From: Mobula hypostoma
Taxonomy: Eukaryota
Direction of reading: 5' to 3'
Assembly (NCBI RefSeq): GCF_963921235.1
Contig: NC_086097.1
Location: forward strand, 103,976,001 to 104,040,000
Length of the DNA stretch: 64,000 nt
The translations under genes and the position numbers were made by a program. Under the pieces are notes generated by a model, which ran no database searches, was not told where the DNA came from, and saw only the letters and a program-made list of their open reading frames with translations. Shown piece after piece: positions 26,705 to 39,890 of the stretch; position 1 is the stretch's first letter; each line of letters opens with the position of its first letter.

Positions 26705-26920
26705 GGTAGGATCAACCAGGGTAGGTCTTACACAGTGAATGGTAGGACCAATCAGGGGAGGTCTTACACAGTGAATGGTAGGACCAATCAGGAGAGGTCT
26801 TACACAGTGAACGGTACAACCAACCAGGGTAGGTCTTACACAGTGAACGGTAGGACCAATCACGGGAGGTCTTACACAGTGAATGGGAGGACCAGTCAGG
26901 GGAGGTCTTACACAGTGAAC
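26705..26920 (+). repeat. 36-bp tandem repeat x6 (GRTNQGRSYTVN)
   Basis: Units ggtaggaccaatcaggggaggtcttacacagtgaay start at 26705, 26741, 26777, 26813, 26849 and 26885. Confidence 0.92.
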
Positions 26921-27252
26921 AGTAGGGCTTTGAGGAGTGCGGTGAAACAAAGGGATCTGGGCATACAGGTCCACAATTCATTGAAAGTAGTGTCACAAGT
27001 AGATAGGGTCATAATGAAAGCTTTTGGCACGTTGGCCTTTATAAATCAAAGTCCTGAGTACAGGAGATGGCATGTTATGTTGAAATTGTATAAAACATTG
27101 GTGAGGCCCAATTTGGAGTACTGTGCACAGTTTTGGTCACTCACCTACAGGAGATATGTAAGTAAGGTTGAAAGAGTACACAGAAAATTTACAAGGATGT
27201 TGCCAGGCCTGGAGGACCTGAGGTATAAAGAAAGATTGAATAGGTTAGGTCT

Positions 27253-27380
27253 GCTGAAGGGTTTCAGCCTGGAATGTCGACTGTACTTTCTTCCATAGAT
27301 GCTGCCTGGCCTGCTGAGTTCCTCTGCATTTTGTGTGTGCTGCTCGATTTCCAGCATCTGCAGAATTGCTCTTGTTTGTG
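27253..27380 (+). mobile_element. PLE 3'-terminal fragment (128 bp) with 13-bp TSD
   Basis: ATAGGTTAGGTCT at 27240-27252 and 27381-27393. The insert matches the PLE tail (catagatgctgcctggcctgctg...). Confidence 0.85.
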
Positions 27381-28369
27381 ATAGGTTAGGTCTTTATTCC
27401 TTAGAAGATTGAGAGAGGTGATCTGATTGAGGTATACAAAATTATGAGGGGTATAGATAGGGTAAATGCAAACAGGCTTTTTCCTCTGAAGTTAGGTGGG
27501 ACTACAACCAGAGGTCATGGGTTAAGGGTGAAAGGTGAAAATTTTAAGGGGAATATGAGGGAAAACATTTTCACTCAGAGGGTTGTGAGAGTGTGGAATG
27601 AGCTGCCAGCGCATGTGAGCTTGATTTCAACGTTTAACTGAAGTTTGGATAGGTACATGGATGGTTGGGGTATGGTGAGCTATGGTCCTAGTGTAGGTCA
27701 ATGACAGAAGACAGTTTAAATTATTTTAGCATGGATTAGATGGGCTGAAGGGCCTCTTTCTGTGCTGTACTTTTCTATGACTCTAATAGAACAATTGAAG
27801 GCCTGAAGGGCTATGACTGAACACAGGAAATTGGGTGAGCAAGGTGGACAACATGAAGCAGCTGAAGATGGTTGGACTGAAGACACTGTCCTGAGGAACT
27901 CCTGCAATGATATCCACATCATCACTGATGATTGGATGTGATTGACCTCCAACAGCCATAACCATTTTCGTGTGATTCCAACTACTGATAGATTTTCTCT
28001 TAAATTCCCATCGTTTGGGGGCCTGTCACTAGTGACAGTCCAAACTCAAAAATGGAAGAGGTTTCTGCAATGTCACTCAGGCTGAGTCACTGCTACAGCT
28101 CAGATTCCTGAATCAAGAGCAGTAGGTTTCTCACCCATGAGCTCTGAAATAAAGAAGACTGTCAAATCCTAAAGTCACAAATTTGGTTTTGTACAGGATC
28201 TAATCATAACTAGGTAGTAAAAATCTAGGCACTGTTGGAACCCTCAGAAGGACAATGGAACAGCTTCTAATGCAATGCACAGTGCATTTAGAGTCAAGGG
28301 GATCTAGCTAAAATCTCTGCAAGTTCACAGACCATGTGCAATTGAGGCTGATCAAATATACATGTAGCA

Positions 28370-29588
28370 CAGTAGCTGCCGCTGTTACTGTGTGGTCCAG
28401 AATCTCTGGAGGGGAAGGCCCCAAGTCCTCAGCTTTGCTTGTTGCTCGGCTGCCGGGGCAGGGTTGAAGCGCTCGGCAGAGGATGGTGCTCAGAGAGGTT
28501 GTGTCAGAGGGCTGGTCGGAGACTCGAAGTTTTTGGACGGACTCAGAGACCTCTGCAGTCGGGTGCTTCCAATGGTGCTGCATTGGCAAGTTTGCGGTGC
28601 TTGGAGGTTCATGGCAGGGAGAGTTCCTCCCTTCTACCGTCTGCATGAGATGATGAGGCTATCGGGACTTTGAGACTTTTTTTTACTGTGCCCATGGTCT
28701 GCTCTTCATCAAACTACAGTATTGCTTTTAACTGTTGTAACTATATGTCATAATGGAGAAGGGAGGAGAAGATGGCGGCGCGATGCAGTGCGCGCAGCCG
28801 CTCCGAAATGATATCGTATTTGTGAAGTAGGTACCGTGCACAATCCTGATTTGATGGAGACAGCCATGAGAAGCATGGAGGAACATCTGGAGAAACTTCT
28901 GAAAAGCCTGCTTCACTGCTGCTGCTACTATGCGATCGAGAATCTCCCGAGGGGAAGGCCCCAAATCCTCGGCTTTGCCTATTGCCTGTAGCTGGGGGGG
29001 CAGGGTCAAAGTGCACGGCAGAGATGGTGCTCGGTGCTCAGTGTCAGAGGGCTGGTCGGAGGCTCGAAGTTTTCGGATGGACTCAAGAGTCAGCTGTGGT
29101 CGGGTGCTTCCAGGGTGCTGCATCGGCAAGTTTGTGGCGCTGGAAGCTCATGGCAGGAAGAGAGTTTTTCTTCCTTCTACTGTCTGCGCGAGATGATGGG
29201 ACTTTCGACAGACTTTGAGACATTTTTTTACCGTGCCCATGGTCTGTTCTTAATCAAATTATGGTATTGCTTTGCACTGTTGTAACTATATGTTATAATT
29301 ATGTGGTTTTTGTCAGTTTTTCAGTTGGTTTGTCTTGTGCTTCTGTGATATCATTCTGGAGAAACATTGTATCATTTCTTAATGCATGCATTACTAAATG
29401 ACAATAAAAGAGGACTGCATGTCCTCATAATCTAATCTAATTATGTGGTTTTGTCAGTTTTAGTCTAGGATTGTCCTGTGTTTTTTTGTGATATCATTCT
29501 GGAGGAACATTGTATCATTTTCTAATGCATGCATTTCTAAATGACAATAACCAAGGACTGAGTGTCCTCATAATCTAATATAATCTAA
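28370..29588 (+). mobile_element. Non-coding SINE-like element: a full copy (28755-29437) nested in an older copy of the same family
   Basis: 28370-28754 plus 29442-29588 match the inner copy. (ATCTA)n tails. TAAT duplicated at the junctions. Confidence 0.8.
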
Positions 29589-29590
29589 TA

Positions 29591-31278
<1,688 letters not shown>

Positions 31279-31399
31279 AGCAAATGGCATGAAAGTGGCT
31301 ACAAAGCAAAGTGTAAATAAATTATTAACCTTAGATTATAGTCAGCCTTTTGAATGATCTGTGAAGCTATAATTTCAATTCCTGAAACTAGCACTAATA

Positions 31400-34300
31400 C
31401 CGGAGTTACCCTTGTGTAAGTCTCATACTTCAGAGCAAATCGCTGTGGCCTGATTCACAAGCCACAGCGATTCGCTCTGGAGAGTCATCGTACTCCAGGT
31501 CAGACGAGAGATAACCCAGGTCAGGTTTCAGACCACAGTACCCAGGTAGATCCTTTGCATGATGGCAGTGGTGAGGAGGTAGAGAAGAAGAGGAAGGTCA
31601 AGTGGCCAGCAATGGTAGATGAGAAGGCTTGGCGTGTATTTGATGAGGATATCAGGATGATGCTGGAGAACACTCTCAGGGGAACATCAAAGAGAAAGTT
31701 GGAAATGATGGGTGATATGATTTATGATGTTGGAAAGTACAGGTCTGGTTTGGTTGAGTTGAAGAAAGCAAAGTCTACACAGCAACCAAGTAGGCGCCAG
31801 AAGGAGATTAGTAGGTTGAGGAGAGAGCTTGGATTGTTGAGACAGAGGTGGAAGGTAGCAGGTGAGGGTGACAAGCCAGGGCTTGCTGATCTCCGAGTGC
31901 ATTTTAGAAAAAAGTTAGCATAACTCCCTCATGCAGAGTCACAACGTAAAAAGAGAAGGAAGAGAGAGAAGGCAAGAAAGTCATTCTTTGAGAACCCTCA
32001 CAAGTTCACAAAGAAACTGTTTGAACAAAGTAAGAGCGGGCAGCTTAACATTTCTCAACAAGAACTTGAGGATCACCTGGCAAGCACTTACTCTAACGAA
32101 CAGCGGGAGGCTCCTTTGCTTGACATTTCAGGGCTTGTGAAGCCAACCAAGCCAGGAGTGAAGTTCGATCTGTCAGAACCCAAACTGGCAGAAGTTGAAC
32201 GGTTCATCAGAAAGGCAAGGTCAGGCTCAGTGCCAGGACCTAATGGAGTGCCGTATAAGGTGTTCAAGAAGTGTGAAGAGCTGGGGAAATACTTGTGGAG
32301 ATTGTTAAAGGTGGTGTGGAGACAAGGTGTTGTTCCTTTGTCATGGAGTGAGGCTGAAGGAGTATACATCCCGAAGGAAGAGAATTCTTCTACTTTGAAT
32401 CAGTTCCGACCAATTTCACTCCTGAATGTAGAGGGGAAGATCATGTTTGGCATTCTGGCAGAAAGAATATCTTCACTTGTGATAGAGAATGGATTGGTAA
32501 ATGCATCTGTGCAGAAGGCAGGAATACCAGGCTTCCCAGGATGCCTTGAACATTCTAGTATGATATGGCATACCATCCAGGAGTCAAAAAGGTTGAGAAG
32601 AAATCTGGCTGAGTTTGGCTTGATCTTGCAAATGCGTATGGTTCTGTTCCCCATGTCCTGATTGAAGTTGCAATGGAATTCCTATGGATTCCTGCTCAGG
32701 TGAGGAACTTTGTTATGCGGTACTACGATTTCCGGATGAGGTTTTCCACTCAGTAGTTTACAACTAGGTGGCAGAGCTTGGATGTTGGAATCCCAATGGG
32801 ATATGCGATTTCACCCATCCTTTTTGTGTTAGCCATGAAGGTTATTGTGAGGGCTGCAGAATCAGTGGGACCAGGTGTCGCACTTGATGGTGAAGTGGAG
32901 TTACCACCAATACGAGCGTTCATGGACAATCTCACCCTTTTGGGTCCCAGCACGGAGGCAGTGGAAAATGTACTACCTAGACTCGAAGAGCGAATGGATT
33001 GGGGAAGAATGAAGTTCAAGACCAACAAGTCAAGGAGCCTTGTTCTTAGGAGAGGAAAGCTGGTTGACTTTCATTTCACCCTTTGTGGAGAGGAGATTCC
33101 ATCCATTCAGGACCAACCAGTTAAGAGCCTCGGGCGATGGTACACAGAGGAGCTGACAGACACCAAGAGGGTTCAACAGACAGGAGAACAGATCAGCAGA
33201 GGTCTGATGTCTGTTGACAAGTGTGGCTTGCCTGGCAAGTTGAAGTTGTGGTGCTTGCAGTACGGACTGATGCCATGGATAATGTGGCCATTAACTGTCT
33301 ATGAACTGGCAATGTCCCACGTTGAGGCAATGGAACAGAAGATCAACAAGTATGTGAAGAAATGGTTTGGAGTACTGAGCAGCCTCACCAATGTTGCAAC
33401 CCACAGTAGTCAGGCAAAGCTTACCATCCCAGTGGAATCCTTTGTGGAAGAGGTCAAGGTAGCCAAGGTAAGATCATTCTTGATGCTTCGAGACTCAAAA
33501 GACCCTGTCATCAAGAACACCCAGCCGGATGTGAGATCAGGCAGGAAGTGGTCAGCCCGTGTAGCAGTTGATGAGGCAGAGTCTAGATTGAAGCAGAAGG
33601 AGACAGTTGGAGCTACCCAGCTAGGCCGCCAGGGACTTGGATGGACAACCCACAAGTGGTGGTCATTTTCTACAGGTAAGGAGTGCCGTGAGCTTGTAAC
33701 ACAAGAAATACAAGAGGTAGAAGAGGAGAAGAGGTTAGCTAAAACAGCTGGCCTGGCCAGACAAGGGGCTTGGACCTGGTGGGAAAGTGTTGAACAACAA
33801 CATCTATCTTGGAATGTTCTGTGGCAGATGGAACCACTCCGCATTTCTTTTCTATGCAGAGCAGCGTACGATCTGCTCCCAATACCTGCCAACCTCAGCA
33901 CCTGGTATGAAGATAAGACAGACAGGTGTGCTGCTTGTGGCGAGGAGGGAACACTTCAACATATTTTGAGTGCATGCAGAGTCAATCTTTCCAGCAGCAT
34001 GTACACTTGGAGACATTACAATGTTCTCAAAGTTGTAACAGAAGCGGTTGAGCAGAGAATACTGCAGCACAACTTATCTCATGCCCCTTGCTGCACAGAA
34101 CATCGCATATTGATTGTGAAAGAAGGCTCCAAGTAAAGGGTGTACAGCGCAGGCTCACGATCAAGCTTACTTTCTTCAGCCAATGATTGGTGTGTCAAGG
34201 CCGACCTGGATGGGAAAGGCAGTTTCCCAGAGCAAATAGCTTTCACCACATTGTGTCCAGATATAATCGTATGGTCTGACACCAGTAGAGAAGTGGTTAT

Positions 34301-34900
34301 TGGTGAACTCACAATCCCCTGGGAAGACAACATTGATGAAGCCCATGAGCGCAAGTTAAACAAGTATGCAGAATTAAGATCAGAGTGCAGAGACAGAGGG
34401 TGGAAGGTCTCATGCTATCCATTCGAAGTAGGCTGCCGTGGGTTTATTGCGTTCACTTTCCAGAAGTGGCTGCGTGAGCTTGGCTTCACTAGAAGAGAGA
34501 TCAAGTCAACTAGCAGGTCTGTAGCTGAGGCAGCAGAGAAAGGATCAGCATGGGTGTGGACCAAGTACATCCAGAGGGGCAGATAGTCGGACAGTGTATA
34601 CATCTTTTGCAAACCCTTCTGTAGTTGCATAGACACCTGAAGAGCAGACTATCTGTTGGATGGAAGTGACCAACAACTCTGATAGAGACAGATGCCAAGT
34701 TTTTAAGCTCACCAGTGGGAGGTGGTGCTTTAGTACTGCTGGCCCACCACCTCGAGGGAGTCTTGATCATAAGCGGGCTGAAACTCCTGAAGACAGGTGG
34801 CAGATCAACTGATGATCCCACTGGTGATAGCACAGGACAGTTAACATCTTAGTCCACGTGTATTTTTAACTCAGAGCTGGTGTGGTTAACCACAGCCTCT
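31400..34900 (+). mobile_element. RLE-type non-LTR retrotransposon (HERO/NeSL-like), decayed
   Basis: PGPNGVPY, FRPISLLNVEGK, QKAGIPGFPGCLEH, AFMDNL (RT); CAAC...HILSAC (CCHC); PDIIVWS...IGELTIPWE...ERKLNKY (restriction-like endonuclease). Confidence 0.88.
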
Positions 34901-35787
34901 AGTTAGAGAACGTAACCCTACCAATTTCAGACTACACAGTAAATGAGGGAGAAGCAACACTCACAACACGCTGGAGGAACTCAGCAGGTCGGACAGCATC
35001 CATGGAAATGATCAGTCAACGTTTTGGGCTGGAACCCTTCGTCAGGACTGAAGAGGGAAAGGGCAGAGGCCCTATAAAGAAGGTGGTGGGAGGGTGGGAA
35101 GGAGAAGGCTGGTAGGAAAGGTGAAGAAGGAATAGGGGAAAACACAATGGGTAGTAGAAGGAGGCGGAACCATGAGGGAGGTAGTAGGCAACTAGGGGAG
35201 GGGCAGAGTGAAATAGGGATAGAGGAAGTGAGGGGGAGGGAATTATCGGAAATTGGAGAATTCTATGTTCATACCAAGGGGCTGGAGACTACCCAGACGG
35301 TATATGAGGTGTTGCTCCTCCAACCTGAGTTTAGCCTCATTATGGCAGTAGAGGAGGCCATGTATGGACATATCTGAATGGGAATGTGAAGCAGAGTTGA
35401 AGTGGGTGGCAACCAGGAGATCTTGTCTGTTGTGGTGGACGGAGCGGAGGTGCTCGACGAAGCGGTCCCCCAATCTGCGTCGGGTTTCACCGATGTACAG
35501 GAGGCCGCACCGGGAGCACCGGATGCAATAGATGGCCCCAACAGACTCACAAGTGAAGTGTTGCCTCACCTGGAAGGACTGTTTGGGGCCCTGAATGGTG
35601 GCAAGAGAGGAGGTGTAGGGACAGGTGTAGCACTTACGCTTACAGGGATAAGTGCCGGGTGGGAGATCCGTGGGGAGGGACATAGAAACATAGAAACATA
35701 GAAACATAGAAAATAGGTGCAGGAGTAGGCCATTCGGCCCTTCGAGCCTGCACCGCCATTTATTATGATCATGGCTGATCATCCAAC

Positions 35788-38787
35788 TCAGAACCCAGCC
35801 TTCCCTCCATACCCCCTGACCCCTGTAGCCACAAGGGCCATATCTAACTTCCTTTTAAACATAGCTAATGAACTGGCCTCAACAGTTTGCTGTGGCAGAG
35901 AATTCCACAGATTCACCACTCTCTGTGTGAAGAAGTTTTTCCTAACCTCGGTCCTAAAAGGCTTCCCCTCTATCCTCAAACTGTGACCCCTCGTTCTAGA
36001 CCTCCCCAACATCGGGAACAATCTTCCTGCATCTAGCCTGTCCAATCCCTTTAGGATCTTATACGTTTCAATCAGATCCCCCCTCAATCTTCTAAATTCC
36101 AACGAGTACAAGCCCAGTTCATCCAGTCTTTCTTCATATGAAAGACCTGCCATCCCAGGAATCAATCTGGTGAACCTTCTTTGTACTCCCTCTATGGCAA
36201 AGATGTCTTTCCTCAGATTAGGGGACCAAAACTGCACACAATACTCCAGGTGTGGTCTCACCAAGGCCTTGTACAACTGCAGTAGTACCTCCCTGCTCCT
36301 GTACTCGAATCCTCTCGCTATAAATGCCAGCATACCGTTCGCCTTTTTCACCGCCTGCTGTACCTGCATGCCCACTTTCAATGACTGGTGTATAATGACA
36401 CCCAGGTCTCGTTGCACCTCCCCTTTTCCTAATCGGCCACCATTCAGATAATAATCTGTTTTCCTATTTTTGCCACCAAAGTGGATACCTTCATATTTAT
36501 CCACATTAAATTGCATCTGCCATGAGTTTGCCCACTCACCCAACCTATCCAAGTCACCCTGCATCCTCTTAGCATCCTCCTCACTGCTAACACTGCCACC
36601 CAGCTTCGTGTCATCCGCAAACTTGGAGATGCTGCATTTAATTCCCTCATCCAAGTCATTAATATATATTGTAAACAACTGGGGTCCCAGCACTGAGCCT
36701 TGCGGTACCCCACTAGTCACCGCCTGCCATTCTGAAAAGGTCCCGTTTATTCCCACTCTTTGCTTCCTGTCTGCTAACCAATTCTCCACCCACACCAATA
36801 CCTTACCCCCAATACCGTGTGCTTTAAGTTTGCACACTAATCTCCTATGTGGGACCTTGTCAAAAGCCTTTTGAAAATCCAAATATACCACATCCACTGG
36901 TTCTCCCCTATCCACTCTACTAGTTACATCCTCAAAAAATTCTATGAGATTCGTCAGACATGATTTTCCTTTCACAAATCCATGCTGACTTTGTCCGATC
37001 ATTTCACCGCTTTCCAAATGTGCTGTTATCACATCCTTGATAACTGACTCCAGCAGTTTCCCCACCACCGACGTTAGGCTAACCGGCCTATAATTCCCCG
37101 GTTTCTCTCTCCCTCCTTTTTTAAAAAGTGGGGTTACATTAGCCACCCTCCAATCCTCAGGAACTAGTCCAGAATCTAACGAGTTTTGAAAAATTATCAC
37201 TAATGCATCCACTATTTCTTGGGCCACTTCCTTAAGCACTCTGGGATGCAGACCATCTGGCCCTGGGGATTTATCTGCCTTCAATCCCTTCAATTTACCT
37301 AACACCACTTCCCTACTAACATGTATTTCGCTCAGTTCCTCCATCTCACTGGACCCTCTGTCCCTTACTATTTCTGGAAGATTATTTATGTCCTCCTTAG
37401 TGAAGACAGAACCAAAGTAATTATTCAATTGGTCTGCCATGTCCTTGCTCCCCATAATCAATTCACCTGTTTCTGTTTGCAGGGGACCTACATTTGTCTT
37501 TATCAGTCTTTTCCTTTTTACATATCTATAAAAGCTTTTACAGTCCGTTTTTATGTTCTCTGCCAGTTTTCTCTCATAATCTTTTTTCCCCTTCCTAATT
37601 AAGCCCTTTGTCCTCCTCTGCTGAACTCTGAATTTCTCCCAGTCCTCAGGTGAGCCACTTTCTCTGGCTAATTTGTATGCTACTTCTTTGGAATTGATAC
37701 TATCCCTAATTTCTCTTGTCAGCCACGGGTGCACTACCTTCCTTGATTTATTCTTTTGCCAAACTGGGATGAACAATTGTTGTAGTTCATCCATGCAACC
37801 TTTAAATGCCTGCCATTGCATATCCACCGTCAATCCTTGAAGTGTCATTTGCCAGTCTATCTTAGCTAATTCATGTCTCATACCTTCAAAGTTACCCCTC
37901 TTTAAGTTCAGAACCTTTGTTTCTGAATTAACTACGTCACTCTCCATGTTAATGAAGAATTCCACCATATTATGGTCACTCTTACCCAAGGGGCCTCTCA
38001 CGACAAGATCGCTAATTAACCCTTCCTCATTGCTCAAAACCCAGTCCAGAATAGCCTGCTCTCTAGTCGGTTCCTCGACATGTTGGTTCAAAAAACCATC
38101 CCGCATACATTCCAAGAAATCCTCTTCCTCAGCACCTTTACCAATTTGGTTCACCCAGTCTACATGTAGATTGAAGTCACCCATTATAACTGCTGTTCCT
38201 TTATTGCACACATTTCTAATTTCCTGTTTAATACCATCTCCGACCTCACTACTACTGTTAGGTGGCCTGTACACAACTCCCACCAGCGTCTTCTGCCCCT
38301 TAGTGTTACGCAGCTCTACCCATATCGATTCCACATCTTCCCGGCTTATGTCCTTCCTTTCTATTGCGTTAATCTCTTTTTTAACCAGCAACGCCACCCC
38401 ACCTCCCCTTCCTTCGTGTCTATCCCTCCTGAATATTGAATATCCCTGAACGTTGAGCTCCCATCCCTGGTCACCCTGGAGCCATGTCTCTGTGATCCCA
38501 ACTATATCATAATCATTAATAACAATCTGCACTTTCAATTCATCCACCTTATTACGAATGCTCCTTGCATTGACACATAAAGCCTTCAGGCACTCTTTTA
38601 CAACTCTCTTAGCCCTTTTTAATGCTTGCCCTGGATTTGTCGGCCTGCCACTTTTACTTTTCCCCTTTGTACTTTTTGCTTCTACGCTCACTTTACACCC
38701 CTCTGTCTCTCTGCACTGGTTCCCATCCCTCTGTTGTGAACTAACCTCCTCACACCTAGCCGCTTTAATTTGATTCCCACCCCCCAA
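35788..38787 (-). CDS. CR1 ORF2 (APE endonuclease + reverse transcriptase), 999 aa
   Basis: [49 protein letters not shown]. No stops. The true start codon is uncertain. Confidence 0.95.
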   Translation of the reverse strand: MGGGNQIKAARCEEVSSQQRDGNQCRETEGCKVSVEAKSTKGKSKSGRPTNPGQALKRAKRVVKECLKALCVNARSIRNKVDELKVQIVINDYDIVGITETWLQGDQGWELNVQGYSIFRRDRHEGRGGGVALLVKKEINAIERKDISREDVESIWVELRNTKGQKTLVGVVYRPPNSSSEVGDGIKQEIRNVCNKGTAVIMGDFNLHVDWVNQIGKGAEEEDFLECMRDGFLNQHVEEPTREQAILDWVLSNEEGLISDLVVRGPLGKSDHNMVEFFINMESDVVNSETKVLNLKRGNFEGMRHELAKIDWQMTLQGLTVDMQWQAFKGCMDELQQLFIPVWQKNKSRKVVHPWLTREIRDSINSKEVAYKLARESGSPEDWEKFRVQQRRTKGLIRKGKKDYERKLAENIKTDCKSFYRYVKRKRLIKTNVGPLQTETGELIMGSKDMADQLNNYFGSVFTKEDINNLPEIVRDRGSSEMEELSEIHVSREVVLGKLKGLKADKSPGPDGLHPRVLKEVAQEIVDALVIIFQNSLDSGLVPEDWRVANVTPLFKKGGREKPGNYRPVSLTSVVGKLLESVIKDVITAHLESGEMIGQSQHGFVKGKSCLTNLIEFFEDVTSRVDRGEPVDVVYLDFQKAFDKVPHRRLVCKLKAHGIGGKVLVWVENWLADRKQRVGINGTFSEWQAVTSGVPQGSVLGPQLFTIYINDLDEGIKCSISKFADDTKLGGSVSSEEDAKRMQGDLDRLGEWANSWQMQFNVDKYEGIHFGGKNRKTDYYLNGGRLGKGEVQRDLGVIIHQSLKVGMQVQQAVKKANGMLAFIARGFEYRSREVLLQLYKALVRPHLEYCVQFWSPNLRKDIFAIEGVQRRFTRLIPGMAGLSYEERLDELGLYSLEFRRLRGDLIETYKILKGLDRLDAGRLFPMLGRSRTRGHSLRIEGKPFRTEVRKNFFTQRVVNLWNSLPQQTVEASSLAMFKRKLDMALVATGVRGYGGKAGF

Positions 38788-38792
38788 CCATT

Positions 38793-39785
38793 CTAGTTTA
38801 AAGTCACCTCAGTAGCCCCCGCTAATCTCCCTGCCAGGATATTGGTCCCCCGAGGATTTAAGTGTAACCCGTCCTTTTTGTACAGGTCACACCTGCGCCA
38901 AAAGAGGTCCCAATGATCCAAAAACTTGAATCCCTGCCCCCTGCTCCAATCCCTCAGCCACGCATTTATCCTCCACCTCATCGCATTCCTACTCTCACTG
39001 TCGCGTGGCACAGGCAGTAATCCCGAGATTACTACCTTTGCGGTCCTTTTTCTCAACTCCCTTCCTAGCTCCCTATATTCTTCTTTCAGGACCTCATCCC
39101 TTTTCCTACCTATGTCATTGGTACCTATATGTACCAGGACCTCTGGCTCTTCACCCTCCCACTTCAGGATATCTTGGACACGATCAGAAATATCCCGGAC
39201 CCTGGCACCAGGGAGGCAAACTACCATCCGAGTCTCTGGACTGCGTCCACAGAATCGCCTATCTGACCCCCTTACTATCGAGTCCCCTATCACAACTGCC
39301 CTCCTCTTCCTTGCCCTACCCTTCTGAGCTACAGGGCCAGACTCTGTGCCGGAGGCAGGGCCACTGTCGCTTCCCCCGGGTAAGCTGTCCCCCCCAACAG
39401 TACTCAAACAGGAGTACCTGTTGTTAAGGGGCACAGCCGCCGGGGTACTCCCCATCACCTTCCTTTTCCCCTTCCCCCTCCTAACCGTGACCCACTTGTC
39501 TGCCTCCCGTGGCCCCGGCGTGACCACCTGCCTTCCACTCCTCTCTATCACCTCCTCACTCTCCCTGACCAGACGAAGGTCATCGAGCTGCAGCTCCAGT
39601 TCCGTAACGCGGTCCCTTAGGAGCTGCATCTCGATGCACTTGGCGCAGATGTAGACGTCCGGGAGGCTTGGAGACTCCAGGGCCTCCCACATCCGACACC
39701 GAGAACAGCAAACTGCCCTCACAGTCATAATGCCCCTCTCCTCAAATAGCAACAGAAAATGAATGTCAAACCTTCCTCGCCTCAC
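38793..39785 (-). CDS. CR1 ORF1 (Cys zinc finger, leucine zipper, SGNH esterase)
   Basis: CSRC...CAKC; LRDRVTELELQLDDLR; GDSIVRG, HIGTND, DGLHLN. Confidence 0.92.
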   Translation of the reverse strand: MRRGRFDIHFLLLFEERGIMTVRAVCCSRCRMWEALESPSLPDVYICAKCIEMQLLRDRVTELELQLDDLRLVRESEEVIERSGRQVVTPGPREADKWVTVRRGKGKRKVMGSTPAAVPLNNRYSCLSTVGGDSLPGGSDSGPASGTESGPVAQKGRARKRRAVVIGDSIVRGSDRRFCGRSPETRMVVCLPGARVRDISDRVQDILKWEGEEPEVLVHIGTNDIGRKRDEVLKEEYRELGRELRKRTAKVVISGLLPVPRDSESRNAMRWRINAWLRDWSRGQGFKFLDHWDLFWRRCDLYKKDGLHLNPRGTNILAGRLAGATEVTLN

Positions 39786-39890
39786 CCGCTTCCGCCTAAG
39801 CCCGGTGAGCCGAAGCCCTTAAGTCTTCACTCTGCTCCCGGCTCACTCCGCCGCCCGCAAACTACGCTGCCCGCTCTATGAGGCTCTGTT

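Larger units (their letters stand above)
26705..27790 (+). mobile_element. CR1 3' fragment with a 5' tandem array and an inserted PLE tail
   Basis: QRDLGIQVHNSLK, LVRPNLEYCAQFWS, ttctatgactcta tail. Confidence 0.85.

Noticed and set aside
26705..26920. 36-bp periodic array resembling CRISPR
   Set aside because: No unique spacers. It is a head-to-tail repeat of CR1 coding sequence in eukaryotic DNA.
36170..39654. Plus-strand ORFs overlapping the intact CR1
   Set aside because: Antisense shadows of ORF1 and ORF2.
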